A DNA stretch of 63,797 nucleotides, counting the filler, from Cercozoa sp. M6MM (Eukaryota > Protista > Endomyxa: Ascetosporea): assembly GCA_040357565.1 (NCBI GenBank). It is 8 parts of 8 records of this genome, joined end to end, with 100 filler letters (N's around TTAATTAATTAA, not from the genome) between each part and the next. Parts side by side here need not be neighbours in the genome. Positions count along the whole stretch, not along the records: positions 23,759 to 41,944 come from JBDODJ010000238.1; positions 42,045 to 48,979 come from JBDODJ010000678.1; positions 49,080 to 52,859 come from JBDODJ010001314.1; positions 52,960 to 58,913 come from JBDODJ010000823.1; 4 more parts are not named here. One strand, written 5' to 3'. The notes beneath the pieces were generated by a model. That model saw only the letters and a program-made list of their open reading frames with translations. It was not told the DNA's origin and did not search any database. Both the position numbers and the translations under genes were made by a program. Below are positions 40,784 through 52,999 of the stretch, one piece after another (the stretch's first letter is position 1; every line of letters begins with the position of its first letter).

Positions 40784-41866
40784 TAGTTTCTCAAGCTACG
40801 GCCGAGACATCGCGGACAGTGCTCGGAAAAGCCTGAAGAAACTACTCGACATCCGTCGATCAAGTCCCAGGAGTCAGCTCGCTACCGCAGCTCCCAAGGA
40901 AAGCGCATACCTTCCGACTCAGCCTGAGGCACAGGTTCAGCCACATGCGGCAACTTGGAGGCACTTGCTTGAGTTGAAAGCCTTTCAAAAACATCCTGTC
41001 GATGCGGGTGCGGCGGAGGGGTTGACTTCTTTGAACCACTGTTGTCCAAATCGATTGGTTGCGACAAGGGTGGTTCGATGCCACTGCGTACTTTGATCGG
41101 CTCTTCTGCTCAAGTACGCAAACACTGTTTTTGAGTCGAAAAAATACGATGGCGAGAGAAAATGTACGAAAGAAAACGCTGTCGTCCTCCAGCGAGGGCG
41201 AAAGCAACGATCGAGTAGATTGCGGCCGGTAAAGCAACCTGTCGCTGCAAACCATTTCAGCTTCAGTGAGTTCTTTTTAAAAGTTGGTAGTGAGTGGAGT
41301 ATGATACCTGCTGTAGCTGAGAGCATCGCATTTCAATTGCCCAAGTCTATCTTCCGCTGTGCTGAACAGTGCCTCAAAACGAGCGGGGAGTTGCCACGAC
41401 GCCGACGTCGGCGTCAGCGGTGGATCTAACCTTCCTTGGAGAAGCATATGTCGGCGAAGTTGTTTGTTCTCTTCCCTAATGTAGCCGGAACAATAAGCCA
41501 GTAGGTGGGTGGGGATTATTAGATATCGGTAAATTTACTGTAGCAACGATATTGCTTGTCGAAGCTGAACGACGTTTTCGCCTGTGAAGCTCCCTTCATT
41601 CCCAACGTCCGGTGTGACTAAACTTCGGTCACGACTATGTGCTTGCTCTCTGTTGTGGTTAGAGGAGGGCAATCGATAAGTTGACGTTGATGGGAGGATC
41701 CTCAATTTCTTTTTTGGCTAAAGGTATAAGCCCAGTCGTACGCTCTGCCTTGTTCCCAAACTTTGGTGTTAAATGTACCAATCTGATACCGCGTGCCATG
41801 TACGCATACTCAAGAGCTCGCAATGAGAGATCCTGCAGTAAGGTTGAGGAAGAGCCTCGTGTTTAA
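40784..41866 (-). CDS. Hypothetical S/T/R-rich disordered protein, 3' exons; partial
   Basis: Open minus-strand segments bounded by splice-like sites (e.g. SQPIDLDNSGSKKSTPPPHPHRQDVFERLST); no family recognised. Confidence 0.35.
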
Positions 41867-41876
41867 CTTGACATGC

Positions 41877-41907
<31 letters not shown>

Positions 41908-41908
41908 T

Positions 41909-41944
<36 letters not shown>

Positions 41945-42044
41945 NNNNNNNNNNNNNNNNNNNNNNNNNNNNNNNNNNNNNNNNNNNNTTAATTAATTAA
42001 NNNNNNNNNNNNNNNNNNNNNNNNNNNNNNNNNNNNNNNNNNNN

Positions 42045-42135
42045 CGCCGGCAGCAGCAGTCGCAGTCGACGCAGGTGCTGTCTCCACTGTCAGGGATCAG
42101 ACATGAGGACGGCAGGCAAGACATGAGACAGGACA

Positions 42136-42201
<66 letters not shown>

Positions 42202-42515
42202 AGAGCGTGCGCAGCGCTGCTTGTCATGTCGACCAGAGAGCCACGACAGCAAGGTCAGCAAGGCCACCGACGTTGCCAGCTGCACGCACGAGACTGCATT
42301 AGCAACAACACCAGGTCACACATAACGAACACAGACAAGGCACACACATATATACCAAAAATGGGCGGCGCTATCCGCAGTGCCCGTTTCTTGCCGACCT
42401 GCGACGCACTGGAGGCGCACGTCCACCAAACTAATCACGTGCACAGTGTGAAAGCAAAGTTCCTCATGCGTAGACTGACCCACATACCAAACAAAAGGTG
42501 CAACACGAATTGCAT
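42045..42515 (-). CDS. Nucleotide-sugar/triose-phosphate transporter family (SLC35E/TPT-like), 5' exons
   Basis: Spliced MQFVLHLLF|VWWTCASSASQVGKKRALRIAPPIF|VSCVQLATSVALL...|WRQHLRRLRLLLPA fits TM1-TM3 of the family. Confidence 0.6.
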
Positions 42516-42945
42516 TTGCGCAATCTGTGCGACCTGTGCGATCTGTGCGATCTGTGCGATGGAGTGGACCTCACAACCAGGACGGAATGATTTTTTAAAT
42601 GCACTTCCCCGAATAATCAAATTTCGCCACTGTGCAGTGTGCGCAGTTTCGGTCGCACTAAATGCAAAGAAACTGCACGCACCCGTCGCTACAGTCCTGT
42701 GTGCGTTTATTGAGCCTGTTCTTCCGGGGTTTCGTTTTCGGCTCCGCTAGAGCACTGGCTCACCTGTCACACTTCATCGACCAACAGCCGGAGCGGCTAT
42801 CAGTAGTTTTTACAGACCTGGAGGTGGAAAGTCGCGCTTGTTTTAACAGTTCGAATTGTTCTAAGTACTCATCCCGGTCAACTGGCGGGGTTAATTTTTC
42901 GTGTGGAAGATTACGAGAAACGACCGGCAACAACGCAAGGCAACG

Positions 42946-43952
42946 ATGTCGTCGATGCCGCAAGCCCGTTATTCTGACAACGACGCTCAAGTAAGTTTTG
43001 TTTCCTGAGTCCCAAAGATGCTGGCATGCGCATCGTGTGAGTAGGCAGAGGCCGAGTTGCAGTTTGAACTCTTGCAGGTAGAACTGATCAGTACTGCACT
43101 GCTGGTTAATGTACGAGACATTTACTTCTGCGTCTGTGTCTGCAGTTGCGTTCTAAACTGCAATACCACGACGCCATGATTGGCAAGGGTAGCTCCTCCC
43201 ATGCTTGGTGTTCGCGAAGCATTCACTCACTGATGGTATCTCAATTCTATCAGACCCGAAATTCCAAAATGACGCCGAAATCACGCGTCTGCGTGAACGC
43301 GAACGAGTTGTGGCGCAGCAGTGCAAGGTATCTCCAATAAACCACAAAGAACGAAAGACAAGGGAAACCAAATTGCACTATCCCAGGAGCTGAAGGAGCG
43401 ACGGGAGCAGTCCAAGTCGGAACTAAACCCTATGATTGCGGATTTGCACATGGTAGATCATCTCTGGTTTCACCTGCCCCTCTCCTGATAAAGATGCAGT
43501 GGATCATTTCTCCTTTTTGTGTCAACAGGACGTTGTGGTGCACTGTGATGTGTGCAACGGCCGCATCGCGCCGGGAGACGAGCGACAGCACTCGCAGGAG
43601 TTCTTTGACTTTGACGTCTGCATGCCCTGCTTTGAACAGTACTCAACTTCCCGCATCCCTTTCTGCCCTTAATTTTGTTGCTTCTTTCTGCAGACACCGA
43701 GTTGAGGAAGATGAAGTCCCGCGCACGATCTTTGGACGGCTGTACCTGATGGAAAAGCTCAATCTGGGCAAGCCCTGGTACCATACACTGCTCATCAGCA
43801 TGTTGTGTCACCTTGTGTCCTCATGTGTCTGAGTATTTAGGCGATTCTTCCCGCAGGGTTTCGTGAAGGAATTGCAGTCCACGTGGTACCTTTTGTGTCT
43901 GTGTTTTATCCCGGGGCTTGATGTGTGTATATGTGTGTGTGTATGTGTGTGT

Positions 43953-44006
<54 letters not shown>

Positions 44007-44200
44007 CAGGCTGGGTTGCTCGCGTGCCATTGCGTCCAAGTCACTGGTCGAGCTGCTCGAGACTGTCTCGTATATCACGGCTTCTTTACCCCTCTGTGTG
44101 TTTTGTGTTTTATTGTAAACCGTCTCCTGTAGAGGCACCTGGGCCGATCGACCCGCCTTCGACTACACCAAGCGGGTAGGCTAGTATATTATGTATGCTT

Positions 44201-44232
<32 letters not shown>

Positions 44233-47200
44233 CTAACAAATCGTGTGTGTACAGGACCCCTATACGTACCTGCGTGAGGGACCGCTGGACGACGCCGAGG
44301 TCTGCATGCGCCGTTTCTCACTCATCAAACGGTGCCTGCCCAACCCCTCCCTCCCTACCCCACTGCCACCCCTGACCCTCTGACCGTGACCTACTGACCC
44401 TGACTCGGACCCACTGACTCTTGCTGTACCTGTTACCCTTCCCTTGCGCGCAGTGTCACTTTCGGCCAGTTCGGTCGCTGTGCTCGCATCCTGTACCAAC
44501 TCTGCCTCCACCCCTGCCCTGTCTATCGATGCACTGTGTGTGTGTGTGTGTGTATGTGTGTGTGTGTGTGTGATGCAGTGCGCAGCACCTGCGTTGCACG
44601 CAGGCGAAACGCGGCGATCTGGTCTGCAGGTACACCTCCCTCCCCTGCCCCAGTCTGTATACAACTGTATGGGTATATGTGTGTGCATGCAGTATTCTGC
44701 CGCACATGTTTGAAGCAGTCGTGGTCGACGCTGCCTCCCTGCTGGCTCGGTAGCGTAAAGTGTGATTATATATATATATATATATATATAGATACACTGA
44801 TGTACAGACTGTGTGCTGCCCCACTGGACGGCCGTGCCGACGTGGCCTTTCTGCAGCACGCCTTCGAGACGGCGCTGCCGCACCTGGGTAGTCCCTTGGC
44901 CCCCCTGTGCCCTTTGACCACTTTACCCCCCCCCCCGGGGGGGGGGGCCGTGGGGTGCCTGGCGTCCAATGAGGCGCGGGTGCGACAGGCACTGGCACGT
45001 GCCGTGGCGGCGCACAACGACTACGCCGCGAGTGTCAGTGACGGTGACAGTATCAGTAGTGACGGTGTCAACAGTGTCAGTGTCAACAGTGTCAGTGGTG
45101 ACACCGTGTCGGTCGACCTTGATGGCATCAGTGTCATTGCGATCGATGACGCCACCGTGCTGCACTGGTGCGCCACGCTATGTTCCCATGCATTTATACC
45201 CCCCTTTACCTCTTTACTCCCTTTACCCCTTACCTCTCCTGTTCCAGCTACGACTCGTTCGACGCCTTCGAAAGCGACGAGTGCGAGTGGAAAACTCTCT
45301 TCTTCTCGGCTCCTCCCGAGGTGCCTCTGCCCCCATTATATACATATGTAAATATATGATATGTGTAGTGGATCGACCTGGCACTGGAGGACAAGGCCGT
45401 CATGGACAGTGATCCCGATGCCTTCTCGAAGGAGACTGTGTCGGTCACTTTCACCAGTGGCAGCACTGGTACCTGCCCTCCCTCCTACCACACCATCCAC
45501 CTACCCATCCATCTACCCATCCAGCTACCCCATCCAGTTACCTGTCTACCCACCTCCCTACCTCCTACCCACCAGCTTATGTACGTGCACCTTGTGAGTC
45601 AGGTCGGCCAAAAGGAGTCAAATTCTCGCGCAAACTCGCCATCGACAATGTGCTTAAGTTTGCCGGTACGCCTACCTACCTACCTATCTACCTACCTACC
45701 TCCCTACCTATGTACCCGCCTATCTACCTACCTACCTATCTACCTGCCTACCGACCTATCTACCTGCCTACCGACCTATCNNNNNNNNNNCTATCTACCT
45801 GCCTACCGACCTATCTACCTGCCTACCGACCTATCTAACTTCCGACTGTGTTTGAGGCAGGCACGGCACGTCCTCTACTCGTGAACGACGTCTCTGGCTC
45901 GCTCGCTCATGTGCCCCACCTTCGTCCTTGTCCCCTACTTGTACAGCATACCCCTCCCTCCCGTATGTCTGCGCAGGTGTCGGAGCGAGAGACCATGTAC
46001 ACGACGCTGCTGCACGGCGGCCGCTCCTTCCTGGCCACGGCGCCGTCGCAGCTGCTGGCCGACTTCCGACTGTTCCGACCGACCGAGCTGTCCCTGGTTG
46101 ATCTCTTATATATAAACGCATATATTAATATATATTTATGCCTGTATCTATATCTATGTATATGCCTATATTTCTATGTGTATGTGTGTGCAGACGCCAC
46201 GTGTGTTCCAGGTGATGCGGCAATACTTCAACTCTCTTGGCACACAGCATCCTGACTTGGTAGAGTTTCCTACCCTCTTCCCCACCCTAGTCTATGTGGG
46301 TGTGACCTCAGAGCACTGAGGACAAGCTGCGCATGACGCGTTTCTTCATCGGCAGCGACCGTTTGCGCGTCTTTGTGGCAGGTATGTCTACCCTCCCCTA
46401 CCTTCCTACCTACTCCTACCCTATCCCCTACCCCTACCCTCTGTATGCTGGAGTGTGTGTTCAGGAGGTGCCTACATGCCTCCCGACCTGCGCGAGTTCG
46501 TGCAGCAATCACTGGCCAAGCGGCGGTCGCCGTCGCCTCCGCAGACTCTGCTACGCATCGCCGAGGTGCCCCGTCCCTCCTACTCCTTACACCTACCTCC
46601 TACGCCATATCCCTACGCCATACCCCTACCCCTACCCCCTGCCCCCCACAGGCCAAGAAAAACGAGACGGCAGGCGAGGAGTTGGAGGCGGAGGAGGCCG
46701 CCTTTGTGTCGGCCGGCGCCTGCATCGAGTGCCGTGCCATTCCCTTTGGCGCCGTGGCGTACGGCGAGGGCTACGGCACCTCCGAGGCCGGCGCTCTGGC
46801 CGACGACTCTGGTCGCCTGCTCGATGAGGTGCAGTACAAGGTGCCATCTACATATAGACATACATATGTCTATATCTGTATCGTATACCTGTATAAGGCA
46901 TGATATACATGGATAGCTGCGTGCCGTGCCGGAACTCGGCATCACCGACGAGGTAGTTCAGAAGGAGCGACGTGGCGAACTGCTTGGTAGCACCCGCTCT
47001 ATCGATAACCCCCAAATCTATACTTATGTCTATATTCCTTTCTGTATCGATATGTATCTGCATATATACATACATATATATATATATATATATCTGTGTA
47101 TCAGTTAACACGTTTGTGAGTACAGTCAAGACCAAGATGCTGGTGGAAGGCTACCTGGGACGACACGGTCAGCAGGCCAACCAGGAGAAGTATGCACTCA

Positions 47201-48950
47201 TACCTATGTATATATATATGTATATATGTATATAACGGACAGGTTCGACGAGGAAGGATACTTCTGCACGGGCGATGTCGTTCAGTTCACTGGTAGACTA
47301 GGCTAGACCAAGCGGAGTTACGTGGCGGTATGTGGGGTGTATGATACCTCTCCAACCGATCAACCGGAGGACAGGCCTCCGCAAGATCAAAATCGTCGAT
47401 CGCGTGTCCTTCTTGTTCAAGCTGGCGCAAGTAGTTTACCTCTATACATGTGTATATTGTATATGGATAAATGTACTGAGATTATAGCCGTATCTGTGTA
47501 GGGCGTCATGGTGTCGGCGCAGACTGCGGAGAACAAACTGTGCCGCGTGCCGCTCGTGCGCGATGCCTTCGTGCTGTCGCCGTCGCTGTCGCTAGCGCCG
47601 CGAGGTGTCCCCCTATACCCTCTACCCCGTACCCCCCCCCCCCCGTTAATGGTCATGTGTGTGTAGCCGTGGGTGCCATCCTTGTGGTGGATGAGGCTCT
47701 CCTGATCGATGCTAATGGTGACGCCGGGACCGACCAAGACGAAGTTAGCGCACGCGTGATTTCGCACATCCGGCAGCACGCGCAGCAGGCCGAACTGAAG
47801 CACTACGAGGTTGCCTCCCCCATATCAATACATACATATACATATATTATATCTCTGTATATAATGTGTATATGTATGAATGTAGGTATGTATTTGTGTG
47901 GACATGCATGTGATGTGTATGTGCAGATTCCCTTCTTTGTGCAACTGCGCACCGAGCCATTCTCCGAGGAGGTGAGTCTAACGGCGTTAGGCTTGTAGTT
48001 GAGCGGCTTAGTTACAGGGGGTATGTCTCCCGATATGCGCAGCGAGGCGAGCTGACCGTGTCGGGCAAGAAGATGCGCGGCGGCTTGTTCAGCCTGCACC
48101 GACCCGTGTTTGACGAGGCCTACCGCCGCCTGTGTCTGGGGGTACACCCACTTTGCTCTTCCCCTTGTCCCTTTGCCCCTCCGTCTGAACGAGGACTGCA
48201 TGTGCCTGTGCAGGACAACACGACCTGGCAGACGCGTTTCGTTCAGCTTGGTGGCGACTCTATGGTATGTGTGTATGTAATTATGTATGTTTGGAGTTAT
48301 GTATGTCTGTAATTATGTATGTATGTAATTATGTATGTATGTAATTATGTATGTCTGTAATTATGTATGTATGTAATTATGTATGTATGTAATTATGTAT
48401 GTTTTGCATATAGTTATTTGTATATGATATATACGATCCAGGCAGCGATCGCTGTGGCGGCCGAGATGACCAACCAGGGTGTCCGCATCGACGCCGGCAT
48501 GGTACCGTCCTCTTGTGTCCAGTACATGTACATATGTCCATATGGAACTGTATATGTGTACTTATGAACCCATAGGTGCTTCGACTCGGCCAACAGGGTC
48601 GACTGGACGAGCACGAAACCGCCTCGCTCGACGACGTGCCTGTCATGGTAGCTTACCCTACCCCCTGCCCTTACCCCTCATCCCCCTTAATCTCCCTCTA
48701 TCTGCACAGATCAGGAAGGACATGGAGGCCTACGCGAGTGCAGTCGAGTCGGCACGTGTTACTGTCACACGCACCACACCGACCGAGACTGGCACGACGA
48801 CGGTGCTGACGGGCGCCACCGGTTTCATCGGTCGCCACGTGCTGCGACGCTGCCTGGCCGCTGGTGCACCGCGCGGACGCGTCGTGTGTCTTGTGCGCGA
48901 CGCCACTGAGGCTCAGCAGCGACTGCACCGGCGTTTCTCCCGACTCTGTG
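42946..48950 (+). CDS. Carboxylic acid reductase-like NRPS-type enzyme (adenylation-thiolation-reductase) with N-terminal coiled coil and ZZ zinc finger; more than 25 exons, 3' end lost at contig end
   Basis: LVELLETVS|GTWADRPAF, FTSGSTG|RPKG, EGYGTSEAG, FDEEGYFCTGDVV, IVDRVSFLFKLAQ|G, EPFSEE|RGELTVSGK, phosphopantetheine site LGGDSM (48241-48264), Rossmann VLTGATGFIGRH..RVVCLVR. Confidence 0.9.
45670..45838. repeat. Intronic (CTAC)n-derived repeat with a 20-bp higher-order unit CTACCTGCCTACCGACCTAT
   Basis: Directly visible; spans a 10-N gap. Confidence 0.85.
48276..48402. repeat. Intronic 16-bp tandem repeat (AATTATGTATGTATGT)n
   Basis: Directly visible in the intron after the GGDSM exon. 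Confidence 0.9.
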
Positions 48951-49079
48951 TGGGTACAGCCTCAGCCCCCCCCCCCCCCNNNNNNNNNNNNNNNNNNNNN
49001 NNNNNNNNNNNNNNNNNNNNNNNTTAATTAATTAANNNNNNNNNNNNNNNNNNNNNNNNNNNNNNNNNNNNNNNNNNNN

Positions 49080-49133
<54 letters not shown>

Positions 49134-49155
49134 CACACGACAGAACGCGAGTTAC

Positions 49156-49287
49156 GGTCATTGAGACAACAAAGCGATCGGAGCCATCCTCATCCTTGAC
49201 GCCTTCGGGCACTGCGGCCGAGAAGAAACGCGCCGAAATCGCCCGCGCGGATGCTGCACGGCCTACACACGCTGCACGGCCCAGCAT
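49156..49287 (-). CDS. First exon of a probable mitochondrion-targeted protein
   Basis: MLGRAACVGRAASARAISARFFSAAV is an R/A/S-rich presequence with an RxFS-like cleavage motif; GT donor follows. Confidence 0.55.
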
Positions 49288-49453
49288 CCCACAAGATTAA
49301 ATGCAACGCGATTTAGTGCGTCGCGTGTGTTATACTGTCACTGTACTCCAGTGTGTTTGTGTGGAATCGGCCGCTTTGGCCCCTGCTCCATTCCGATCGA
49401 GGTCGCGCTGATCGACTGCAGTAGAACTGACAGAAACTACTGCAACTCTGTTT

Positions 49454-51461
49454 CTAGTCCAAACGACTTGGTCCCGGCGGGCAAGGCGAAATGTAGGGGA
49501 AGCGCGGGTGCTCCGGGAACAGGTCCACTTGCTGCGCTTGCTGTGGCTGGCCGTACTGCTGTTGGTGCCACTGCAGGTAGTCGTGCTGCTGCTGCTGCCA
49601 CTGTTCGTTCCGACTGTTGCAATGACGGAAAATCATCCTGTTGATAAAGAAGGCAGTCAGAATTTACGCAAGGTTGCGTGGAGTGAGTTTCGCGCCTTTC
49701 TTCTTCTTCTTTCCGCCAAACAAACGTTTCCAGATGCCTATCTTTTCTTCGGGTTCATTCTGGGGCAACTGTCGACGTGGTGGGAGCATCACAGGCTGCT
49801 GTTGCTGCTGATTAGGCGCAATCTGGTCTGGTGGAGCCTGTCGCTGCTGTTGCTGCTGCTGCTGCTCGAGCAGTCTCTGCAAACTCGAGTCCATGGGTGG
49901 TACCGGACCTGCGTACTGCCGTTTCTGCAAGGCCAGGTCAAATCGGTACTTTTTTTAGGGTGATTAAGTTGGCCGAGTCGACTGATAGAAAACCTACAAA
50001 GAGTTCAGGTGTTGAATGAAGGCACACGCCACTCGGACCTGCTTCGGCAAAGTCATTGCCCGTGTACACTGACGCAAAAGCAAACTTAGCTTTGGGGATA
50101 AGCAAGCTCTTTTTAATCTGAAGTTTACCTCGAGTGCGAGGACTGTCTTCTGCGGGAAGTCGCTCGAGAATAACCTCCTCCGTGTTGTCCTCTGTCGGGC
50201 CAGTCACTTGCTTTTCGCTGCTGTGACGAGTGTCATTTTTTGTTTTTTCAGTTGTTCAACTAAAGTTGTTCAATTGAAATACTCCAACGTCGGCGGAGGT
50301 GACTGTGGCCGTCCGAACTGCTGCCGGACAGACTCGTAGCCGCTCTTTCTCGCAGGCACGGCTTTCTCTTTCCTGCGCTTCATCATTCCAGAAAGACAGT
50401 TCTTCCTCATCGAAAGTGAGCGAGTACTGGTCCGTTCGTTCGTGCTTGGACAGCGAAGGCTCCTCCAATGGCAGTGGCGGTTCCTTTGTTATGCCACACC
50501 ACTTGTTTAGGATAACTTTGGTCAAAGTTTGAGTTAGGAAGTACCTCAGGAAGTTGTCGCTCGATGCTGAGACAAATCTCATCGACGCTGGAGGATTCGG
50601 ATTGCTTGTGATGCGTGCGCTGGTGCTGTGCAGCGGCACTACGTAAGTTCAGCTTTCGGCGATGCTTCTTTTGTCTTCGTCGACTGTGTCGATGACTGCA
50701 AGAGAAGGACAGAATACAGAGGAAAGAATACCAAGAACCCAATTGTGTTCTTTCACTCTAGCTGAGCCCACCGACGAGATGAAGCAGAGGACAGCGAGTA
50801 AGTCGAGTCGCTCGAGTACGCCGACGAAGCTGGAGATGAGTATTTGGCTGATCGCTCTTCGTGCACCTGTAAATTTAGATTCACTTTACCACTGTACTGA
50901 AAGCGAAAGCTACTACATCGAAAGTACGATTGCGGCGACATTGGAGAGTCGTTTGGCTCGAGGTGTCGCCGACCGACTCAACGCAGGAAGCGAGTAGTAC
51001 CTGCATCGACATTTATTAAGAGCAACTGATTGCAAATTGAAAAAAAAAACGAAATCACCAATAACATCCGTCCTGATCGATTCCTTCCTTGCTGCACGAA
51101 ACAAGCATAACACCCAAGTTGAAGTTGACCTTTCCACACTGGTGAAGAAACAGAAAGCGTCGTTGTACGGCGCGTTCTGCAAGAATTCGTTCCACGCCGT
51201 ATTGTCGACTTCAGTGCGAATCGAGCATGAACGTGGAGTCGGTGCAGAGAAACCCAACTGCACCTGACGACGAGGAGTGTATCTCGCACTCACAGGCACT
51301 CGGGCACGGGCAGGCGGGCCTCGGTAGGACACGAAGCCAGGAAAGCTGCTATAGTCTGCATCCAACTGACGAAACGGCACTGCTGCTGGCGGATACAGCG
51401 CCGCACCTATCGTTCCACAGGCAGCCACAACGGTCAGTGCTAACGCAAGCAAAACGCGCAT
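49454..51461 (-). CDS. Hypothetical protein with signal peptide, membrane segment(s) and Q/P-rich C-terminus; multi-exon
   Basis: MRVLLALALTVVAACG signal peptide; hydrophobic exon near 50700-50860; last exons Q-rich. Confidence 0.5.
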
Positions 51462-51862
51462 TGGCAGGATCTAAGCGCTGCCACACTAAGCTGGGCTTTC
51501 GCTGTCCTGCACTGTCATCTCGGTTTTTTTTTGGCGCACTGTGCGTGCTCGTGACGTGTTTCCGTCAACGAGCTATCTGAACTGAAGATAACTTAAGGAT
51601 CTGACTCGCGTAGACGCAGTGAAGCTTCTCGANNNNNNNNNNNNNNNNNNNNNNNNNNNNNNNNNNNNNNNNNNNNNNNNNNNNNNNNNNNNNNNNNNNN
51701 NNNNNNNNNNNNNNNNNNNNNNNNNNNNNNNNACAGACAAAACAGGGCTTTTTTGGTATTTCTCACAACTGAACAAAAACCAAACCAAGTGTCACCTTAG
51801 ATGTTAGAACAAACACTTTAGCAGACTAAATTTAGTTTCTGGTGCCTGGAAAAGCACATAGC

Positions 51863-52813
51863 ATGGACTTCAGCGAGCCATTCCGCCGCTGTGGTGTTGT
51901 TCGCTTCTCTCCCGACGGAAGCAAACTGGCCCTGGTGCGTTGTGTCTTTTGCGGCAGTAGTTTTGTGCAGCCACGATAAAGAAAAACGCGTGTGTTTAGT
52001 TGGACCGCGACAAGGTAGTCGTGCGCGATCCCGACACACTGGAAGTACTGTGTGTGCGTGGTCTGTCCGAGGGTACGTACCGAGGCATGTGTTGTGTGTG
52101 CCACAAGGCGGTTGGTGTATGTGCAGAAGGTACGGGAACGTCGCTGCAGTGGAGTGCGTGCAGTCGGCGCTTGCTTTGCGCGCTGCCCAAGTCAGCAGTC
52201 TGCCTGGCCTGGCAGGTACACCTGGGGGTAGTTAAAGGGGTGGTAAGGAGTATGAAGATACTCCCTGTCTGTGTACAGGTAGTTCACGACGACAGTGCCA
52301 AGCCGTGGCAGTGTCGCATCGACGAAGGTCTGGCCGGACTCTCTTTCTGCCGGTAGCACCGTCTGTCCATCTCACTCAGTGTGTCTGGTTTGACTATGCC
52401 CTTGTGTGTCTGACAATCCCTGTGTGTGTGTGACAGGTGGGGTCCGCACGGACATCATTTGCTGACCATTTGTGACTTTGCGCTGCGTCTCACACTGTGG
52501 TCCTTGCGAAGGTACGTCCTGTTTCACTTCTTCTTTGCCCTCCTACTGACCCCCCCCTCTTCTCCACCTTTCATCCCTGTTTACCCTCTGTTTACACCCT
52601 CTATGCCCCACCCTCCCTGTTAGTCGGCAAGTGCGATTTATCGAACGGCCGAAATTTGCGAATGGACGCGGTGTGGGTAGCTTTGGCACTTTTACCCCCC
52701 TGTTTAGCCCTCTATCTACTCCCCCTCCGTTTACCCCCTTATTCACCCCCGTACAAACAGTATTCTCACCAAACGGAATGTCTCTCGCTGTTCTGCACCG
52801 ACGCGAAGGCAAG
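51863..52813 (+). CDS. WRAP73: WD-repeat protein WRAP73/WDR8, 5' exons
   Basis: MDFSEPF...FSPDGSKLA|..KVVVRDPDTLE, WQCRIDEGLAGL..|WGPHGHHLLTICDFALRLTLWSL|..FIERPK, VFSPNG..LAVLHRREGK. Confidence 0.9.
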
Positions 52814-52959
52814 GTAGTCTGGGTGTTTTACCTTCCTACCCTTCCCTTACCCCCCCCCCNNNNNNNNNNNNNNNNNNNNNNNNNNNNNNNNNNNNNNNNN
52901 NNNTTAATTAATTAANNNNNNNNNNNNNNNNNNNNNNNNNNNNNNNNNNNNNNNNNNNN

Positions 52960-52999
<40 letters not shown>

